From contig JAAOYJ010000003.1 of assembly GCA_018221285.1 (NCBI GenBank), positions 14,768 through 78,767 on the forward strand: DNA of 64,000 nucleotides. Reading direction: 5' to 3'. Shown piece after piece: positions 58,401 to 64,000 of this stretch. The notes beneath the pieces are model-generated. The model was not told the DNA's origin. It saw only the letters and a list, made by a program, of their open reading frames with translations, and ran no database searches. The translations under genes were made by a program, and so were the position numbers. Source of the DNA: Candidatus Pacearchaeota archaeon. GTDB taxonomy: Archaea > Nanobdellota > Nanobdellia > Pacearchaeales > GW2011-AR1. Within the stretch, counting starts at the first letter, position 1. The number at the start of each line of letters is the position of its first letter.

Positions 58401-61400
58401 CAACTACTACTAGTGATGCCTTTATGATTAATTCAACTTATCCTGTAGTGATATTTAGACAAGAAGGAGGAAATGATAATATGGTATTTTATCCTGCTCA
58501 AACAGAATATTATGGCTGGGGAGGTAGGCGTATATATATGACAGCCTTAGAAGCTGATACTGGCATTACTTGTTATGACAGTCAAAACACCATGCCAGTA
58601 AGTATAAATATTGGTGCTGGTGGTCAGGGATCCTACACTAGTTGGGGTAGGGATAGTGCTGGAGAAGCGGCCTTCTGTAATAGTACTAAGATCTTTGGTG
58701 TTAACCAAGAAGCAGATGCAGATGGTAATGAGCAGACAGAATTCATAAATGAAAAAGAACTTGATAGAATCCACTTTTTACCTCAAGCTACAGGGACTAG
58801 TACAGATTTTTATGTATCTGTTATAGCTCCCACCCCAAGTACTAATTGTACTGTGACTCGTTCTGGAGCATTTGTTACAGATGCTGTTAGTGCAGCTTAT
58901 ACTTTTCCAAACCCTAACTTAATCTCGTTTACTTCTGGTTTGCAGGCAGGAGATAAAATAGATTGTAGTGCACCGGTTACAATAGCTTATGATGATGTTG
59001 ATGATGCTGGTGACGAGCATAATCTTTTCGGAATGAAAGCAAATAGGCGGTTTGTTTACCCAACACCGACTTACACAATTGCAGCAGAAGAAGAACCTCC
59101 AGCAGAAGACACAACCTACCCTCAATTCTCAAATTACTGGGACAACAACGCAACACTAGAAGAAAGTGGAACTGGTTTATTCAATGTAACAGTACTGAAT
59201 ACTAACGGAACTGTCTTGTTAGAAATTAACGGAACAAACATCACAGCAACAAATTATGCGGGAGACAATTATAATGCAAGCCATGCTTTTACAACTAACG
59301 ACACTTATCCTTACAAATGGCATTCATGGGGAAACGGTACAGATGAAAACTATAATATTTCTGTGACCAGAAGCTATACTGTTAATGGGACTGTCCCTGA
59401 CACAACTTATCCTTCAGTTACAATAATCTCTCCAACCGCTCAGAATTATGCGACAATATCAATAATATTCAATATAACAGCAACAGACGAAACTGGAATG
59501 GATACTTGTCTTTACTCCTTAGATGCAGGGGCAACCAATACAACAATGGGCAATTCATCAGCGACGTCATTCAATGCAACAAACTCCTCAATGGCTCAAG
59601 GCCTACATACAGTTAATTTCTATTGTAATGATACTTCAAATAATATAAACGACACAGAAAATGTGACTTTCCTTATTGATTCAATTTATCCATCATGGGA
59701 GAACAACAAAACAAATCTAACAACAACTACTACTCAAGGATCTTCAATTTATTTTAATATGACCTTAAACGAAACCAATCCAGCGAACTATACATTCAGC
59801 TGGTACAATGGAACAGCATGGGAGAACACAACAGGAAGCTACACTGATGGGGAGGAAGTTGAAGTGATTAAAACAATTAATATCAATGGGGGGCAGATTA
59901 ATTGGACTTGGTATTTCAATGATACTTCTGGAAATTCAAATCAAACAGATGTGTGGAGTATGACATTAGTGACTGTAGACACAACACCTCCTCAAATTCA
60001 ATTCGAAGATCCAACAAGAGCAGACGGAAACACAACAGCAGACACTTCAATTGAAATCAATGTCTCAATTACAGAATCTAATCTCGGCGAAGTAGTCTAC
60101 AATTGGAACGGAACAAACTTCACATTAATGAATAATAACTTAGTTCTCTTCATGAACTTTGATAATGTATCTGCTCTTGGAGAAAATGATACCTTAGTTG
60201 TTGATGCAAGCGCTTATGAAAACAATGGAATAGTAAACGGTGCTGTTGTAAACACAACTGGCAAATATAATGGCTGTTATTCTTTTAACGAAAACGATGC
60301 AATCAACGTAGGAAGTGATTCAAGTCTAGACATCACAAACGAAATCACAATTAGTGTCTGGATTAACTCTTTATCTCAAAATCAAGTAGCTGGAAATGTC
60401 AAAAGCTATGCAAAAATAGACAGCACTGACCTAGCCGGAGAGTTGGAGGCTTCAGATCATCTTGGTGTTGGTGTAGCAAATATTGGTGATTTGGATGATG
60501 ATGGAATAGTGGATATTGTTATTACAGCTAATCTAGATGATGATGGGGGCGACAAAAATGGGGCAGCATATATTGTATTTATGAATATAGATGGAACTGT
60601 AAAGGATTATCAAAAAATAAGTGAGACCTACGGAGGATTTACAGGAGATCTAGCAGGAGGTCGGGCTGGTTATGGTGTTGCAGGTATTGGAGATTTAGAC
60701 GAGGATGGTGTAGAAGATATTGCAGTTGGAGCTTTTGCAGATACTTCTCTTACAGGAGCTGTTTGGGTGCTATTTCTAAATACAAATGGAACGGTGAAAT
60801 CTTATAATAAAATTGATGATGCAAGTGTAGGTGGAGAGTTGGACGTAGGAGATATATTTGGTGGAGGTGTCATATATCTTGGAGATTTGGATGGGGATGG
60901 TGTGGGAGATATTGCTGTTGGAACTTTAAAAGATCATGATGGAGGCTCTGATAGAGGGGCTGTTTATATACTTTTCATGGATACGGATGGAACTGTAAAA
61001 GATTATCAAAAAATAAGTGATACCCGAGGAAATTTTACAGGAGGCTTAACTGACTTAGATGAGTTTGGTAGTGGGGGAAATAGTATTGGAGACTTGAATA
61101 ATGATGGTGTAGAAGATATCGCAATCGGGGCTAGGAAAGCTGACGATGGAGGAGCTAGTGCAGGAGAGGTTTGGGTACTATTTATGGATACAGACGGAAC
61201 TGTCAAGTCTGAAGCTAAAATTAATGATACAAGTGTGGGAGGGGGGTTGGACGCAGGTGATCAATTTGGTAATAGAGTAGGAGGTATTGGAGATTTGGAT
61301 GGGGATGGTATAGAAGATATTATTGTTGGGGCTAGTTTCGGTGATGATGTGAAAGATGATGCTGGAGAGATTTGGGTATTATTTCTGGATACAGACGGAA

Positions 61401-63682
61401 GTGTGAAATCATTTTCTAAGATAAATGATACTAGTATGGGGGGAGGACTAGATACAGGGGGTTTGTTTGGAACATCAGTCGCAAATATAGGAGATTTAGA
61501 TGGGGATGGGGTAACAGATTTTATTGCTGGAGCCATGAAAGATGATACAGGATTCACTCAAGCGGGAGCCGCTTGGATAGTTTTTTTGGAGGATGGTTTC
61601 GCATCCATCCTAAATAAACAAAATGCGTATGAAATTCGAGCAAACGAAACTGCTGTAAAAGGAATGACTAATGGAAGTTCTATAATCGCCCAAATTAATG
61701 CAGGGTGGAACCACGTTGTGCTCACGTCCAATAGTACAAACAAATCACTCTATGTTAACGGGGTTTTATCTTCTACAGGACCAAGTGGTGCAATCGCTTC
61801 AAACACATACGACCTTCTTATCGGAAATGACTACAACGGAAGCATAGATGAATTAATGATTTACAACACTTCGCTAAACTCCGCCGAAGCCTATCAATTA
61901 TATATTTCCAATCTAAAAAAATACGACACTGACAAATGGACTTTATATGTTAACCAATCTAAGAACGCGACAACTGGTTTAGAAAATGGGAAATATACTT
62001 ATCAGACATTTGTAGCAGATACTTCAAGTAATTGGAATCAAACAGAAGAGAGGACAGTTACAATAGGTGATGGAGCAGCAGGAGACACAGCCCCACAAAT
62101 AACTTCTGTATTCAACGACTCAATGACTGATGTATCAAGCGGACCAAATGAAGGACCTTCTCCAACTTATGTAATTATTAATTTCACGGCTTATGATGCA
62201 AACGGAGCCTCAGACTTAAATGACAGCACAGCGAGAATAAACTTTACAAGAACAGGGGAAACAACAAGAGAAAACTTAAGTTGTTCGAGATACGCAACAG
62301 GAGGAAATTATGCAAACTATACTTGTAATGTAACAATGTGGTGGTTCGACGGTGCAGGGATTTGGAACATCACAGCCCACATTAAAGACAACCAAAGCAA
62401 CTCAGCCACAAATGCGTCCCAAACTTTCTCTGTTGGTTCAAGGACAGCATTTGTCATGGGCCCGTCTTCCTTAACTTGGGCTGGACTAAGCCCTGGAGCA
62501 ACAAACCAAACTTCAAACAATGATCCTCTTACTCTAAACAATACAGGAAATGATATTATCACTGCTTCCAATATAGAAATTAATGCTACAAATCTCCTCG
62601 GTGAAGAAAACAGCAGTTATGGTTTATGGGCTGGGAATTTTTCAGTTAGTTATACAGACGCTGGCGCTTGTGCAGGAACCGCCATGAGCTCTTCAGAATA
62701 CACAAACATAACTGCTGCAAATCTAACAATAGGAAACTACACAGTCGGGGACGGAACAGCACAGGAAGAATTATATTTTTGTATAAAGGTTATCGGAAGC
62801 GAACTTACAGACCAAGCTTACTCAACATCTGGACAAGGAGCATGGACAATAAGAATCTTACTCGTTGCTTTAACCACAAGAAGAAGAAAGAAAACTAAAC
62901 ACAAAAACCAAACAGAGCTTTTCATCCCTTCAACAATCTTCACAAAAGAACTTGGAGCCTTGGAAGCAATCAGCAAATATATGAAAGAAAATTTGGAAAT
63001 GAGTTATCATGAAATTGGTGAATTGTTGGAAAGGGATGAAAGAACTATCTGGACATCATATAACAAAGCTGTTGAGAAACAAAAAGCAAAATTAAAGGTA
63101 AAGGATACAGAGTTCTTCCTACCAATCTCAATCTTTAGTGATAAACTAACAATCCTCGAGGCTGTTATTGTTTATCTAAAACAAAAAGGTTTAAGGTATG
63201 CTGAGATTGCCGAACTAGTTGATAGAGACCAAAGAAATGTTTGGGCAACTTATTCTAAGGCAAAGACAAAACTAGAAGAAAAAGAGATTACAAAAGTAGT
63301 TGAAATAAAATTAGAGATAAAGATTCCTCAAACAATCTTCTCCAAACAACTTGGAGCATTGGAAGCGATTAGTAAATATATGAAGGAAAACTTGGAAATG
63401 AGTTATCATGAAATTGGTGAATTACTAAAAAGAGATGAAAGAACAATCTGGACTTCATATAACAAAGCTATTGAAAAACAAAAAGCAAAGATAAAAATTA
63501 AGGATGTTGAGGTTTTCCTTCCAATCTCAATCTTCAACAAAGAGCTAACAGTTCTAGAAGCAGTTGTGGTTTATCTAAAACAAGCAGGATTGAAATACAG
63601 TAAAATAGCTGAGCTAGTTGATAGAGATCAGAGAAATGTTTGGGCAACTTATTCAAAAGCTAAAGAAAAGGCAATTACATAA
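55442..63682 (+). CDS. Giant surface protein (2746 aa): N-terminal TM, DUF2341, Ig-like domains, LamG split by FG-GAP repeats, C-terminal tandem HTH domains
   Basis: W.YRK.I...DLRFT...YMYYGN (DUF2341), GDLDGDG..D..VGA (FG-GAP), GSIDELMIYNTSL (LamG), four LEA...Y.K....Y.EI.EL..RD.R..W..Y.KA units. Confidence 0.88.
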   Translation: MGRTRLAKATAVELSRIIHEAKQRKDVLVRYLERLNKHHSEGKISYDRYVEILHKHTDGRTISEWIEHYEDYIRDFEKKLRKEKKTTLIKQLTLGLFFISLIFIILNLNLDITPKFVGFTIQEQEFSQNLDLTFEESAEYEWQLENLGELTSVKLSGIIEGEGKVKIYLDDLLIIDSSKIKKSKITGEVISDDESKPVESYSEEVNEALEEDSSPSQEPPPSETNEIIEEDSTENINQTEEEEEIIGTPSQNESYSETEEEVIEEDSSPSPDQGDILDRPSDELGEEESLPSETKKEKITTRTFKDSCEETCELNNLNKTSYTLKIEISNAKLKISDIKYTILGQIPAETSEENITEPTPKENVTEIPLPENVTERNITTSKTNVSTLQYKAIINKPTKWIKTIKRKESDQPNISIELPKEAENISVKTGDEVQQALDELEEFDETIEQTDRQNFLSGSITGNVALDIKQERSILTKLWNWLKSFTITGNVIGEQELQNDITETIDKKIIDLEEIINQTQTTEIAVEYYTGGPTAIEENISNGKRVIVSGDDELNYTEVLAFTEIEEKFEVGQESKIKVYWREENTYINFTAYDTDDNNKIDYVEWIAPHLSNQTFDIIIEIIKAEHLDKDKEFISDIYNETYQLDDTWSEEISNKQYVRITFEVPLDSSRDITIYPRITKGNPTIEVYEVNGTELIAEFTDIFSNEYNEVLLTNLNGTQDVFDLKIVGGSVEFDHIVDPDEWSDTDWPYRKQINVSNTYGEDLIEYQIELIIDTAALITAGKLNSNCSDLRFTNASGGLISHYVDENTRIDCNENDTLIWIQTDVLVNNANTSFYMYYGNSGASSTSNELDVFNYTTPTPVMVPVGTNNDDAIEVVSYADGNTIEMGGYSNTLSEGEVDTGVGSHSQNTLLNVTQPVAAISDSTGDALVPLSFAGTLFLQYGDRAAGTTTYAAYSFEDNNKVAVHTGGWTEASSVIVNKGSVGTLTTTTSDAFMINSTYPVVIFRQEGGNDNMVFYPAQTEYYGWGGRRIYMTALEADTGITCYDSQNTMPVSINIGAGGQGSYTSWGRDSAGEAAFCNSTKIFGVNQEADADGNEQTEFINEKELDRIHFLPQATGTSTDFYVSVIAPTPSTNCTVTRSGAFVTDAVSAAYTFPNPNLISFTSGLQAGDKIDCSAPVTIAYDDVDDAGDEHNLFGMKANRRFVYPTPTYTIAAEEEPPAEDTTYPQFSNYWDNNATLEESGTGLFNVTVLNTNGTVLLEINGTNITATNYAGDNYNASHAFTTNDTYPYKWHSWGNGTDENYNISVTRSYTVNGTVPDTTYPSVTIISPTAQNYATISIIFNITATDETGMDTCLYSLDAGATNTTMGNSSATSFNATNSSMAQGLHTVNFYCNDTSNNINDTENVTFLIDSIYPSWENNKTNLTTTTTQGSSIYFNMTLNETNPANYTFSWYNGTAWENTTGSYTDGEEVEVIKTININGGQINWTWYFNDTSGNSNQTDVWSMTLVTVDTTPPQIQFEDPTRADGNTTADTSIEINVSITESNLGEVVYNWNGTNFTLMNNNLVLFMNFDNVSALGENDTLVVDASAYENNGIVNGAVVNTTGKYNGCYSFNENDAINVGSDSSLDITNEITISVWINSLSQNQVAGNVKSYAKIDSTDLAGELEASDHLGVGVANIGDLDDDGIVDIVITANLDDDGGDKNGAAYIVFMNIDGTVKDYQKISETYGGFTGDLAGGRAGYGVAGIGDLDEDGVEDIAVGAFADTSLTGAVWVLFLNTNGTVKSYNKIDDASVGGELDVGDIFGGGVIYLGDLDGDGVGDIAVGTLKDHDGGSDRGAVYILFMDTDGTVKDYQKISDTRGNFTGGLTDLDEFGSGGNSIGDLNNDGVEDIAIGARKADDGGASAGEVWVLFMDTDGTVKSEAKINDTSVGGGLDAGDQFGNRVGGIGDLDGDGIEDIIVGASFGDDVKDDAGEIWVLFLDTDGSVKSFSKINDTSMGGGLDTGGLFGTSVANIGDLDGDGVTDFIAGAMKDDTGFTQAGAAWIVFLEDGFASILNKQNAYEIRANETAVKGMTNGSSIIAQINAGWNHVVLTSNSTNKSLYVNGVLSSTGPSGAIASNTYDLLIGNDYNGSIDELMIYNTSLNSAEAYQLYISNLKKYDTDKWTLYVNQSKNATTGLENGKYTYQTFVADTSSNWNQTEERTVTIGDGAAGDTAPQITSVFNDSMTDVSSGPNEGPSPTYVIINFTAYDANGASDLNDSTARINFTRTGETTRENLSCSRYATGGNYANYTCNVTMWWFDGAGIWNITAHIKDNQSNSATNASQTFSVGSRTAFVMGPSSLTWAGLSPGATNQTSNNDPLTLNNTGNDIITASNIEINATNLLGEENSSYGLWAGNFSVSYTDAGACAGTAMSSSEYTNITAANLTIGNYTVGDGTAQEELYFCIKVIGSELTDQAYSTSGQGAWTIRILLVALTTRRRKKTKHKNQTELFIPSTIFTKELGALEAISKYMKENLEMSYHEIGELLERDERTIWTSYNKAVEKQKAKLKVKDTEFFLPISIFSDKLTILEAVIVYLKQKGLRYAEIAELVDRDQRNVWATYSKAKTKLEEKEITKVVEIKLEIKIPQTIFSKQLGALEAISKYMKENLEMSYHEIGELLKRDERTIWTSYNKAIEKQKAKIKIKDVEVFLPISIFNKELTVLEAVVVYLKQAGLKYSKIAELVDRDQRNVWATYSKAKEKAIT
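62096..62194 (+). repeat. Domain-encoding segment duplicated in the downstream gene (63892-63990)
   Basis: 86/99 nt identical (manual count); second copy is cut by the window end. Confidence 0.85.
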
Positions 63683-63720
63683 AAATTTATATATCACAAT
63701 CTATTATTTACACTATTAAA

Positions 63721-64000
63721 ATGAGAGAAGATATTAATAAAAAAAGGCGAATGATCTTGATCCTATTCATTTCAATATTTCTTTTATTATCTATTTCTAC
63801 TATTTCCGCAGGATGGTTAAAAGACATTAAAAATAAAATAACTGGTGAGGCAACTCAAACAGTGGGGATAAACATTACAGTAGGGGGTCCTCAAATAACT
63901 GCAGTATTCAACGACTCAATCACAGATGTATCAAGCGGACCAAACGAAGCTCCTTCCCAAACTGATGTAATTATAAATTTCACAGCTTACACTGCTGCAG
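63721..64000 (+). CDS. Secreted protein sharing a domain with the giant protein, 3'-truncated by the window edge
   Basis: MREDINKKRRMILILFISIFLLLSISTISAGWLKDIKNKITGEATQTVGINITVGGPQITAVFNDSITDVSSGPNE... Confidence 0.8.
   Translation, partial: MREDINKKRRMILILFISIFLLLSISTISAGWLKDIKNKITGEATQTVGINITVGGPQITAVFNDSITDVSSGPNEAPSQTDVIINFTAYTAA

Noticed and set aside
60440-61590. FG-GAP DNA repeats as a diversity-generating retroelement TR/VR pair
   Set aside because: Differences are not adenine-specific and no reverse transcriptase is in the window
914-62898. Many 60-160 aa ORFs antisense to or nested in long genes (e.g. 7317-7577, 20664-21038, 52789-53265, 61261-61557)
   Set aside because: Shadow frames of well-supported genes with no recognisable motifs
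1-64000. CRISPR array, cas genes, rRNA genes, integrase or transposase genes
   Set aside because: No regularly spaced repeat-spacer units and no such protein or rRNA signatures seen

Overview
AT-rich, gene-dense archaeal DNA, most consistent with a DPANN archaeon (Pacearchaeales/Woesearchaeales-like; inferred from gene content, not from a database search). Archaeal markers include Bud32, uS15, aIF-2alpha, Nop10, RadA, RPA, aEF-1beta, split Hef/XPF, TyrRS, an intron-containing tRNA-Gln(UUG) and TATA boxes close to start codons. It holds a type IV pilus locus (prepilin peptidase, about 10 pilin-like genes, TadC-like platform, VirB11/PilB ATPase) interrupted by a toxin-antitoxin pair and recQ, plus several modular surface proteins. 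Main leads: (1) a 2746-aa adhesin-like surface protein ending in tandem HTH domains, with a pair of palindromic operator-like sites around its own TATA box; (2) a 72-77 bp element with terminal inverted repeats found both intergenically and in frame inside the XPF nuclease gene, with similar hairpin-rich in-frame inserts in Bud32 and an rRNA methyltransferase; (3) a remnant of a second TyrRS downstream of tyrS; (4) a bacterial outer-membrane beta-barrel-like gene; (5) a recurring ITG[NE][VA] motif in secreted proteins. All family assignments are by motif recognition; no searches were run.
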